DNA from: Chrysomallon squamiferum
Taxonomy: Eukaryota > Animalia > Mollusca
Reading direction: 5' to 3'
Assembly: GCA_012295275.1 (NCBI GenBank)
Contig: CM022665.1
Coordinates: 43,772,001 to 43,836,000, forward strand
Length of the DNA stretch: 64,000 nt
Part shown: positions 1-10,722 of the stretch, in pieces
How the letters are laid out: every line of letters begins with the position of its first letter
Position numbering within the stretch: position 1 is the stretch's first letter
Notes under the pieces: model-generated
What the model was told of the DNA's origin: nothing
Databases searched by the model: none
The model's input: only the letters and a program-made list of their open reading frames with translations
Position numbers and translations under genes: made by a program

Positions 1-351
1 TTTGCGCAGGCTCGGCAGCATCTCGGAGAATGTTTGTCCAATGTGCATCAAACGTGCGAAGGACCGTTTCGCTTCGTAAGACAAACAAAAACGTTACTCA
101 ATCGCGTTTTCACCGAAACCGCTGCCCCTTTGTAAATAAACAAGCCTTTACGAAAATTCTTTTTGTATTCAGACTGGTCTGTGCTTTGCGATGTCCCTCT
201 GAAAGGTCTGGAAGCAATCTGTTAAAGGTTTTTTTTTTTTTTTTTTTATGATTTCCCATGAGTCGTCAGAACAATCTATCAACCAATCAAACCACTTTCT
301 GTACAGTTAACAGATATTCCTAATTAGCTGCAGCGTGGTAAAAAAAAAGTC

Positions 352-406
<55 letters not shown>

Positions 407-1393
407 TTTGGTGGAAATGTTTTGAAGAATTTGATTCTTGCTGTATGGTGAATTATGTAACTGTTTCAGGAGAAACTTTTATTTATTTTTTTTTTATTTA
501 TTTTTATTATTATTATTTTTTTTTTAGCGATTTTATTTAAAGTTAATTTTGTATAAGAATTTATAGTGGAAAGAGACTGAATTTGTAGCTCACACGCACG
601 CACACACATACACACACTAAGACACACGTACTTGCTATAGAAATGCCATACAAACACAAAATATATAAATATATTTAATAAAAGCCAAGAAGTATTAAAT
701 AATATTTTTTAACGAGAAAGTATTAAAATTTTTTTTAACGAGAAACCTAATCGAATAATATCTCATAATAAACTCTTTTTATTCTGTTTCATGTCCTATT
801 TCAGTGCAGAATTAATCATCTTTTATATAAACTCACTGCCACTAACATATAATTACGCTTCTGAAAAGATTTATATTAACTGCGACATAAAACATTTAAA
901 AGTAAATAAAAACACATCTTCTATATCTTTAAACGAAATAAAATGAATTTTTCCCATGGCCGTATCTGGCCACACAGGAAGTGATGAAATGCGCAAGCGC
1001 CTTTTTCTGATAATCTTTGACCTCTTCTCCCCCCCACTCCATGACGCGCACCGATACTGTACCGTCACTTTTACGTTTCTTGAATCAAAAATATTTTACG
1101 ACAATTAATAAAACGACAAACTGAATTATTTTTTATTTTTGCAGTTTCAGGCCAAAACGCTTGAAAGTAAAAATCTAGACGAATATGACCAAAATAATAA
1201 TAATAATAATAAAATATATATATAAATAATAATAATAAATAATATTAAAAAAAAAAATTAAAGTAACATAAAGTAAAATAAAATAAAATAAAATAAATAA
1301 TAATAGTAATATTAAGAAGAAGAAGAAGAAGAAGAAGAAAAAGAAAGAAAGAACGAACAGAAAAACAAGATAATAATAAAAAATAAATAAATA

Positions 1394-1443
<50 letters not shown>

Positions 1444-1694
1444 GAAGAAGAAGAAGAAAAAGAAGAAGAAGAAGAAGAAAGAAACACAAAGAAAAGCAGT
1501 ATAAATGAATATGAAATAGTGTCAACACGATGTATTATTATTATTATTATATTTAATTACAAAATTAAATTAAAATTACGAATTATTAACACAATTATTA
1601 TTATTACACGTAAGAAAAGCAAAACAAACTCAAAAACACGTTTTTTTTTTTTTTTTGAACACAACAACAAATAATTCATTAATTAACACGCAAT

Positions 1695-2436
1695 TTCTCA
1701 CACGATGCATTAAAAAAAAAAAAAAATTTTTTTTAAAGTTTTCGTATCGGAATTTTTTTTTTACAAATAATTCTAATTAATTAACAGCGCACAATTTCTC
1801 GTAAAAATTTGTCTTTTTTTTAAAAAAAAACCGGTGTGTGTGTGTGTGTGTGTGTGTGTGAATCAGAACATTATTAAAACACGGTGGACAAAAAAAAAAA
1901 AAAAAAAAAAAAATATCTGAACACTTGCGCACTCGCGCATGTGGCCAATTAGTGACTGAGTAAAACACCGCAACACACCTGTCAGAAAAAAAAACACTTG
2001 ATAAATTACTCCGCGCGTAACGCGCACTGACAGCGCGAGAGCGCGTGAGAATCTCGCGCGGCCCGCGTGCCTTGTTTTCCGGCGCGGGCTTTTATCGCTT
2101 GCCTCATCGACAAAAGAAATGAAAAACATATTCCGATTGAGTCAGAGGAGAGAGCGCGCGCTGGAAGACACCGCTAGTCGCAGATACTCATCTAGAAAAC
2201 AGAGGCATTCCCACGGCTTAAGAAGTAACGCGGGATTTTTATTTTTACTTTTTTTCTCTTTTTTTTTTTTTTTTTTTCTCTTTCTCTCCTCACTCTCTCT
2301 CTCTCTTTCTCTCACATGCTTTTAAGGTTTCTGTGGCTCTGGATGTCAATCACAGAAGAATATATGGTTTTCACAAAGCCGATTACCGTTACCGATGTTT
2401 TCGCCCGAATTCCCAGCCTCGTTTTCGCTCACATGA

Positions 2437-2473
<37 letters not shown>

Positions 2474-2592
2474 CTTAGCGCATCGTTTTACTGGTGATCG
2501 GTTGCAATTATATGACTTGTTGAAAAGAAATAAAAGTTCGCTTAACCAAAGCAATCAAACCAGTCTATTGGGAGAAAGGGTTTTTCTGGGAC

Positions 2593-2629
<37 letters not shown>

Positions 2630-2830
2630 CAACGTCTTTTTGAGGGGGGGGAGAAAATATAGAAAAGAAAATAAACTAAAACGTTGCTGATGACGAAGCT
2701 GTGTTGATTTAATGGTAAACATCAGCGAGGATGCAGTTACATTGTGGGAAGCTGACTTGATTATCAACATGTGTGTTTGTTGTGTGTTTGAAATCATGCC
2801 GTTTGTGATGATGATGCTGATGACTCTATG

Positions 2831-2863
<33 letters not shown>

Positions 2864-3982
2864 GCGCGCGGTTCCACTTCTTCTCGCGTTTTCTCGCGTT
2901 CTCTCGCTCTAAACGAGGTTTTCTATCGTGGGAAAAATCTTGGACCGATAACGCTTTGTGCGTGCAACGTCGAATCTCAGTCAGTTATCTAATTCTCGCT
3001 GTTTATCAGTCGAAGTGTGATTATTTTTCGAATGCTTCTGTTTTAGCTCTCTCTCTCTCTCTCTCTGCCAAACAATACTGGAAGATAAATGGACGAGACG
3101 AAAATGAGTATTTATAAGTAAAAATATGTTTTTTTTTACGCTGAAAGGCTGAGTTGAAAGATGTAAATATTAGTGGAACCGTTATCAGAAACATGAAATT
3201 AAAATAAATATTTCTCTTGTACGTTTTTTTTTTTTTCTTACGAGAGAGGTGGGGGGGAGAGAGAGAGAGAGAGAAAAAAAAAATTAAAATTGTTTTAAAA
3301 TAGTTTTGTGACACCTTTTGTTTGTGGGAACTGATTAGAATGTAAAAAGGATTTAAATATATTTATAAATCGTTTTAATTTACAAGACATACACATAGGC
3401 ATATACAAATAATTTTATGCATATAATTTTAATTATACATATATCGTGAACAATTTATAATAAAACGTTCTAATGCTTATACCAAAAGAGATTAGATACT
3501 CATTGTCTCTTGCATCAAAATGATATCTTTACAGAAATCAATGTCAACACCTATAATATTTATATTATTTTTATTTATTCACTTAATTATATTTCTTCTT
3601 CTACTTTATCTGATTATTATTATTATTATATCATTATTAAACAGAAACTGCGAGAGAGAATCGGATATTCTGTTATTATTTTGTTATTATTATTATTATC
3701 ATTATTATTATTATTATTGGTAGTAGTAGTAGTAGTAGTAGTAGTAATCGTAGTGGTATGGATGGGTATGTTTTGTTATATTACCTAATAAACGTGTGAC
3801 TAATATTTGCTATTTTTTCTTACTACTGTCACATGTCATATTATAATGATGTTGCGGACATATTAAAAGAAAATTTTGGTTTATATTATCTTATCTTAGT
3901 ACATGGAAGTTTAAAATGAAAAAATACAACCAATTTTGAATTCAACCATTATTTATATATTACAATAATTCAGTAGTAGTAG

Positions 3983-4013
<31 letters not shown>

Positions 4014-4527
4014 TAATAATAATAATAATAATAATAGTAGTAGTAGTAGCAATTAATTTGTTTTCTGTCAAGAAATTAATAAATAAGTAAATTAGTAAAT
4101 AAATAAATGCAGAGTATTAGCTAACGTATTAATTAAGTGATAAAATTTAATTTAATTTTAATTTTTTAAGTGTTAATAATGATTTTATATTTTTAATTTT
4201 TAATTAAAAGGCAACTAAGTAGATCTTTATTTCTTAATATTTTTTTTTTTTTTTTTTTTGCAAATTTATAAACATGTAATAATTTGTTTAATTATTGTTT
4301 TTCATACTTGTTCTCATTTTGGTAAAGAGACTTTGTGTTTGACATAATTTAAAAAATTAAAACAAACAAAACACATAAATAAATAAATAAAATAAATAAA
4401 TAATAATAAAATCAATATATATATATAATAAAGAAAAAGAAGACAAAGAGGGAAGAAACCCGACATTGTTTCACATTTATCCACACCCATCCCTCAATCC
4501 TTAACGCTTTTGTCTTGTCTTTTCTTT

Positions 4528-4566
<39 letters not shown>

Positions 4567-4735
4567 ATACAAATCTCCAAACTCCTGCTATCATGCAATA
4601 TACACATTGTTAGGAACTTTCAGACATGAAAAGTAATAAAACAATAAACATAACCCGGAATAAAAAAAAAAAAAAAAAAAAAAAACAGAGAAAAGTATCT
4701 TGACCTAACCGTTCCCTCGCGATCAGTTTCTCACG
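1695..4735. promoter_or_regulatory. Cluster of CSL/Su(H)/RBPJ consensus sites (YGTGRGAA) upstream of ZFP36
   Basis: Exact matches at 1695(-), 2044(+), 2208(-), 2743(+), 2927(+), 3323(+) and 4728(-). Confidence 0.5.
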
Positions 4736-4769
4736 AAATAAAAAAAAATCCCGCTACTTCTTTCTCACC

Positions 4770-4920
4770 GAATCAGCCAATCATAATCGGGGGCGTGGCA
4801 AGAACGCCAGGCTGACGTCGAAACAGACAACAGCGCGATAAATTACTGCCGTAGCTCCGCCCACTTCTCCGATAACGCCTCTCAGCGGGCTAGCCGAGCC
4901 AAATTTAAATGCCCCACGTG
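4770..4920 (+). promoter_or_regulatory. Proximal promoter of the ZFP36 gene
   Basis: CCAAT 4777-4781, GC box GGGGCGTGGC 4790-4799, CRE-like TGACGTCG 4813-4820, Sp/KLF CTCCGCCCAC 4855-4864, TATA-like TTTAAAT 4904-4910 and E-box CACGTG 4915-4920. All lie within 180 bp of the ATG in CpG-rich sequence. Confidence 0.7.
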
Positions 4921-4951
4921 TTTGTGTGAAAACATTCGAAGTGAAAGCGGC

Positions 4952-5026
4952 ATGTCTGGATCATTGATTTCAACTGTGAGGCAGAATTTACACGACACTA
5001 GCGATCTGGAGACTCTGCTGTACCAA
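4952..5026 (+). CDS. ZFP36: TIS11/ZFP36-family gene, coding exon 1 (MSGSLISTVRQNLHDTSDLETLLYQ)
   Basis: ATG at 4952 lies just downstream of a dense promoter. There are 25 open codons ending at a phase-0 GTAAGT donor (5027). The peptide resembles the short first exon of ZFP36L1/L2 (MTTTLVS...DLSEVLCK type) and splices in frame to the TTTCAG acceptor ending at 6845. Confidence 0.8.
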
Positions 5027-5833
5027 GTAAGTTTTACTTAGTTTTGAAACTGTTATAGTCAGATACGAAATATATTGATGGTGTGTAATACACGGTTTTA
5101 TTACATCTACGTTACGTTAAAATGGAATAAATAGAACTTTTAATTTCTTTTTGATTTTTTTTGCTTTATTGTTTCACGTCATTTTCTTAAATATATATGC
5201 CTGTATGTACATATATACACTTACACATATGTATATATGCATGCATGTATGTATGTATACATATATAAATGTAAGTGTGTATATGTGTATAAACGTATTT
5301 GACAAAATGATGTGGAATCGTCTTTCATTTTTCATTATTCAGAAAGCGTCATCTGTGCATTTAAATTAAATTAACTCTCTCGTCAAAATATTTTCTCTTT
5401 TTTCGCTATCTATCAGTCCCGCTATCTATCTAATTATCTATCTACCTGTCAATAATCAAACCGTCTGTCTTTAATTAATATAGTTTGATATTCACGTGCA
5501 CGTATATTGAAATCTGTCTCAGTATTGTAACACTTGTTGCAACGAATAATAGTATCTTCAAATAATACACGTTTCAGACGTAATTTTGTATTTAACTAAA
5601 TACAAAACGCACTGCACAAGTAAACACATCTTTAACGTAAATAAATGGGTAAAGAGATATTTAAAAAATAAATTAAAATAAAATAAATGATTTACTGAAC
5701 AAGTACATACATTATTACGTAAATAGGTAGAGATATTTCAAAAAATAAAAAATAAAATAAATAAAATAAATAAATGATTTACAAGTTCTGATCTTGCGTA
5801 GAAATAGGCTAACAAAAATTAATATATTATATA

Positions 5834-5884
<51 letters not shown>

Positions 5885-6845
5885 TACATAAGTTCAGAAC
5901 TCGTAAGTCATTTATTATATACATATACTATACGGAGTGAACAGACAAGATAAATGTATGTTTGTATATACAGACAGACAGACAGATAGGTGGACAGACA
6001 GACAGACATACATTTCTATTCAGAGATTATAATTTTCTACCCTACTGCACATTTGTTATCCAAATTGCCAATTTGCGATTGTTATTCCACCATTTGTCTC
6101 TAAATTTCTGACACCCATTTTCAAAAATCATCGGAGCATCGTGGAACCCGATAAAGGATTAAATTTCACGATGAAAGGACGCGGTTTGATCCTCTCGTTT
6201 TCTCACCTCGGGCACTGACCATTGTCCAGTGCCACAATGGACAATGATTGTTTTGTTGTTTTGTCTGTAAAGCGAGAGTGCTGGTTGACTTGTAAGACGG
6301 GTTCTTGTTACACAAAACTGCCGTGTTCAGATAACAAGCTGAGATTTTTTTTTTCTCCCCCTTTCTTTTTGATTGTTAAAACAGAGAAACCGTGATAGGA
6401 GGAGAACACAACGGATTAATCATCCCGTTTATTTTAGCCAGTGGTCACGTAACGTAAAGTTTAATACGTTATTGTTAAAGCGTGTTTTTGTAACGTACGA
6501 AATATTTGGTGTCGACTCGTTGAAATTTCTGTGTCTGAGGAGTAATAATCAATTCCCTGTAGTAGTAGTAGTAGTGTTAATTATAATAATAATAATAAAA
6601 ATAATAAAAATAATAAAACAATAATAATAAAACAATAACAATAATAAAATATTATAGAGAAAATATAAATACAACTACAATGAAAAAAAAGAAGAAAATA
6701 ATGAATGTTTAACGACAACCCACACAAAAACCCCATATATGCTACTGTGCATCAGATAAATGTGAAATTTATTAATAACAACACAACTGTACAAAAGTAT
6801 AACATATTTTATAAAATTCTAAAAATTTGGTTTTTAAACTTTCAG

Positions 6846-7994
6846 CAATTTCAACTCGCGAGTATGGACGTCGAAACACGCAACGAGGCGCAGACGACAA
6901 TGATGAACATTTTGGCGGGAAAACTGCCCGTACCCGTGGCGGTGGCGGCAAACGTCGCGAGACGTGCAGCCGACCCGTCGTCGGTCGCCTCATCCTCATC
7001 CTCATCCTCTTCCCACTACGCCCAGCGCAAAACCGTCTACAGCTCCAACAGCCTGCTGGCGATGAAGGTGCTGCTGTCGAGGGAGAACATCGCCGTTGAG
7101 ACGCAGATCGTCGACAGGGGCGATTCTGGCAGCAGCAGCAGCGGCAGCAGTAGTAGTAGTAGTTCTGGCCGGTACAAGACCGAGCTGTGCAGACCGTTCG
7201 AAGAGAGCGGTCAGTGCAAGTACGGAGAGAAGTGTCAGTTCGCGCACGGAGCCAAGGAGCTGAGGAGCCTTCCCCGACATCCCAAGTACAAGACCGACCT
7301 GTGCAGGACGTACCACACCATCGGCTTCTGCCCGTACGGACCGCGCTGTCACTTCATCCACAACGAGGACGAGCGACGCCTCGGCTGCATTGTCAATAAG
7401 AACCAGCAGCAGCAACAACAGCAGCAGCCCACGCCCATCCACCGGCCCAAGTGGTCCAACCTGAAGCGACTGTCGTCTTTGGGTTCTTCGCTCGATTCGC
7501 CGCGTTCCAGTGACTCCGGCAGTCCCACCAGACTGAGTCCGACGTTCAGCGAGGACATCTTCACTTCCAGCAGTAGCAGCAGCAGCAGCAGCCTTCCTTC
7601 GTACCCGGCCCTCCTCATCAACAGCAGCAGCAGTGACGACAGCAGCTCTCGGTCCAGTCCGGACTTGACGTCCCTCAGCAGCAGCAGCAGCAGCAGAACC
7701 TGACGTCCCCGCTGAACGTGCACACCCACCTCAACACCGTCGACACCGTCCTCGACCTGCTGCGTCTTCAGCAGCAGTTCAACCAGGTGCTGAGCTTTGC
7801 CGAGCAGAAACTGCAGCTGCAGCAACAACAACCAGCAGCAGGCGATGGTGGTTGAGGACAATTTTCTGTTCAGGAACATTTATCCTTCGTGTGCGTCATC
7901 CACTTCGCCTGGATCCGTTGAATCCAGTCAGAATTCAACGTACGGTAGTAGTAGTACTCCGAGCAACACTCTCAGTCTTAACTGGATCCACTAA
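6846..7994 (+). CDS. ZFP36: TIS11/ZFP36-family ARE-binding mRNA decay factor, exon 2. As assembled it stops at 7703; it reaches TAA at 7994 if two 1-nt indels are corrected.
   Basis: Tandem CCCH zinc finger at 7170-7361: [64 protein letters not shown] (CX8CX5CX3H twice, YKTEL lead-ins, 18-aa linker). Flanks are Ser/Gln-rich with strong GC3 codon bias. The 3' end of the CDS is uncertain (see findings). Confidence 0.95.
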
Positions 7995-8060
7995 CTATTG
8001 AAAAACTGGATCCACTAACTATTGAACCGTGTAGTAAAAATGATACAGTATCAGCACTTC

Positions 8061-8353
8061 AGTACTGAAACGTTTAGTAAAATAATATCAACACCAAGTA
8101 CTGAAACGTTTAGTAAAATAATATCAACAGTGAGTACTGAAACGTTTAGTAAAATAATATCAACAGTGAGTACTGAAATGTTTAGTAAAATAATATCAAC
8201 AGTGAGTACTGAAACGTTTAGTAAAATAATACCAACACCAAGTACTGAAACATTTAACAGAATGATATGAACACCAAGTACTGAAACATTTAGTAAAATG
8301 ATATCAATGGTGAGTACTGAAACGTTAAAGGAAAATGACACAATATCAACACT
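8061..8353 (+). repeat. 36-bp minisatellite, about 8 units (AGTACTGAAACGTTTAGTAAAATAATATCAACAGTG)
   Basis: Units start at 8061, 8097, 8133, 8169, 8205, 8241, 8277 and 8313. Confidence 0.95.
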
Positions 8354-9189
8354 GTAAACCAGTCTTAATTCTGTTAATTGGGCTTTCCACAAAAAAAGAT
8401 GCATTTATCTCTTTGCTTAACTGACCTAGGCTGGAGTAAAAAAACAAAACAAAACCCATTTCACCAGACAGTTTATACCTTACTTGACTACTCTTCAGGT
8501 ATACTAAACTGAAGAACTGATAAGGAAAACGAAATTAAATTAAAATTAAGACAAAATCCCAGAGTACAGGAGTTCGACAAAATGCTCTAACAGAGCGTTT
8601 CTGTTTTTTTTATAAAATGGCATTATTGAATGTTTCACTACAGATCATCCCGAATCGTTATTTGAACTTGGGACAACCCTCCTATGGACTAGACTCAGGG
8701 TTATTATTACATATTATTCCTTTTAAACGGGACCAATGACAAGTGTTTGTTTTTTTGAAAAAAAAAATATCTACGTGCTTCTGCGTTTTTCATCCTTTTG
8801 TTTTTCTTTGTGTGTGCACAGATGATTTTCTTGATTTTTATTAATTTTTTTCGGATTTTTATACCAGTGAAACAATTATCTTGCATCTGCAGATTTACCT
8901 TATAGTATTTTTTTTTTTTTTTTTTTTTTTTTAATGTTGTGTTCATATTGCTGTTAGTATTTTTAAACTGTTGTTGTTGTGTGTACATTTTAAACTTTTC
9001 TTTTTTAATCTTTCTGTGATTGTTTCGCGTTGGAGGGTCACATGACCTGTTTTCTGCTTGATACGTTTAAAAAAACAAACAAAAAAAAAACAACAGTTCA
9101 TTACCGCTAGTGCCTAGTTTTCTTTTGTGATGTAGTTTTTATTTGATGAAAGATAGTTAATTTTGGATTTTTAAATTGGGCAAAAGTAT

Positions 9190-9970
9190 CTTCCTTTATA
9201 TTAGGCAGAAGACACTGTAAGATTCTCAATTTAGATCAATCACATACTGTTAAATGTTTTCAGTTTCTATTAGGCAGATACTGTTAAAATTCTCTATCTA
9301 AATTAGGCAGATACGTTTAAGATTATCTATTTAATTTAGGCAGATATAGTTAAAATTCTCTATTTAAATTAAAGCAGATACGTTTAAGATTATCTATTTA
9401 ATTTAGGCAGATATAGTTAAGATTCTCTATTTAAATTAAAGCAGATACGTTTAAGATTATCTATTTTAATTAGGCTCATATTATTAACGTACGTTATTTA
9501 AATTATTGTTTTAATATTTAAGCACAGTTAATTTTTACAATATTTAAATTAAGCAGACAGATGACTGCAACCGTACGATACCTCTAATTCTTGCCTTATC
9601 GTGTTGTATTTGCCGTGCAATATATACAGTGATCTATTTAAATTAGCTATAGAAGTGGCAGGTTTTCTATTTAAATTAGGCACATATAATTAACTTAAGT
9701 ATCGTAGATACAGTTAATTTACACGCAAGAAACATTATCTATATTGAAAGTAGATATATATACCGTTAGCTTTATTTAAACTAATAAGATCTTGTCGACT
9801 GATTCTATTTAAATTATGTAGATACCGTTAGATGAATCTATTTAAATTATAAGCGATACAGTTTCCTTACTAGAAACCTTTTGTGCCTTAGTTCCCACTT
9901 GGTAAAGTAGTATTATTTGAAATGTAAATTTGAAATGTAAAATGTTAAAATGTATTCTATTTAAATTAAG
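9190..9970 (+). repeat. Decaying 33-34-bp tandem array with conserved TATTTAAATTA core
   Basis: Core at 9295, 9328, 9361, 9395, 9428, 9462, 9495, 9541, 9635, 9668, 9773, 9806, 9839 and 9958 (9 exact, 5 with one mismatch). Confidence 0.9.
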
Positions 9971-10609
9971 TAATTAATTTATAGTAATTTTATTTGTTTA
10001 ATTAGATAAATTAATATGGATGATATTAATATTTATATTTATAATTCTTTTCTTGATTTTTTTGGTTTTTTTTTAGTTTATAAAGGAAACAGTGGTTTCG
10101 GATTTGTTTGAAATTATTGGATTTAAAAAAAAAAAAAAAAAAAAATTCTTTTCATAATAAAAATTAACGAGTTCTATAAAACTATTTTAGAACGTTATGA
10201 ATTAAATGTCCAAAAAAAGCTGATAAACAAATTAAGTTATTTAACTTGCCAGAATGATGTTAAAAATTTAAATTTACTTTCTGATTTGCAATTTTTAAAA
10301 ATTCACATCAAAATCATGTTTATAAGGAAACATATTTAATTCATTTATAACCGTTTAATATACCAACCCTAATATTCAGTTTTCAAAACACTTTATCGCT
10401 TTATATATATATAATATAGAATTTGCATATTTATTTTTAAAATGAATATGGTTTATCTGCATTAACCACTGTTTTTCATTTTTGATATTTCAGGTAGATT
10501 AAAAATTCATTGGCACAGTTTAGAAATGCAGTAATTAATTTATCTAATAATTTATTTTGTACGTCCAAGGTCGGTGGATTGGAAAGTAACATGAATTTAT
10601 AATAAGGAC

Positions 10610-10641
10610 ATTTATTTATTTATTTTCTTATTTATTTACTT

Positions 10642-10720
<79 letters not shown>

Positions 10721-10722
10721 TT
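10610..10722 (+). repeat. (TTTA)n microsatellite
   Basis: Long run of TATT units. Confidence 0.95.

Noticed and set aside
6705-6845. ATG 6705 as the ZFP36 start
   Set aside because: AT-rich intron-like sequence ending in a TTTCAG acceptor. A better first exon exists at 4952-5026.
7701-7793. TGA readthrough or selenocysteine recoding (all three in-frame stops are TGA)
   Set aside because: The TGAs arise from CTG-A in the shifted frame, which has the gene's codon bias. I saw no readthrough context or SECIS.
7002-7879. Antisense ORFs of 146 and 176 aa over ZFP36
   Set aside because: Expected shadow of GC3-biased, CAG/AGC-repeat coding sequence.
8061-9970. CRISPR-like repeat-spacer arrays
   Set aside because: Eukaryotic context, no cas genes, and the spacers are homologous to each other, so these are tandem repeats.
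9295-9970. CTATTTAAATTAG as MEF2 sites
   Set aside because: Does not fit the YTA(W)4TAR spacing.
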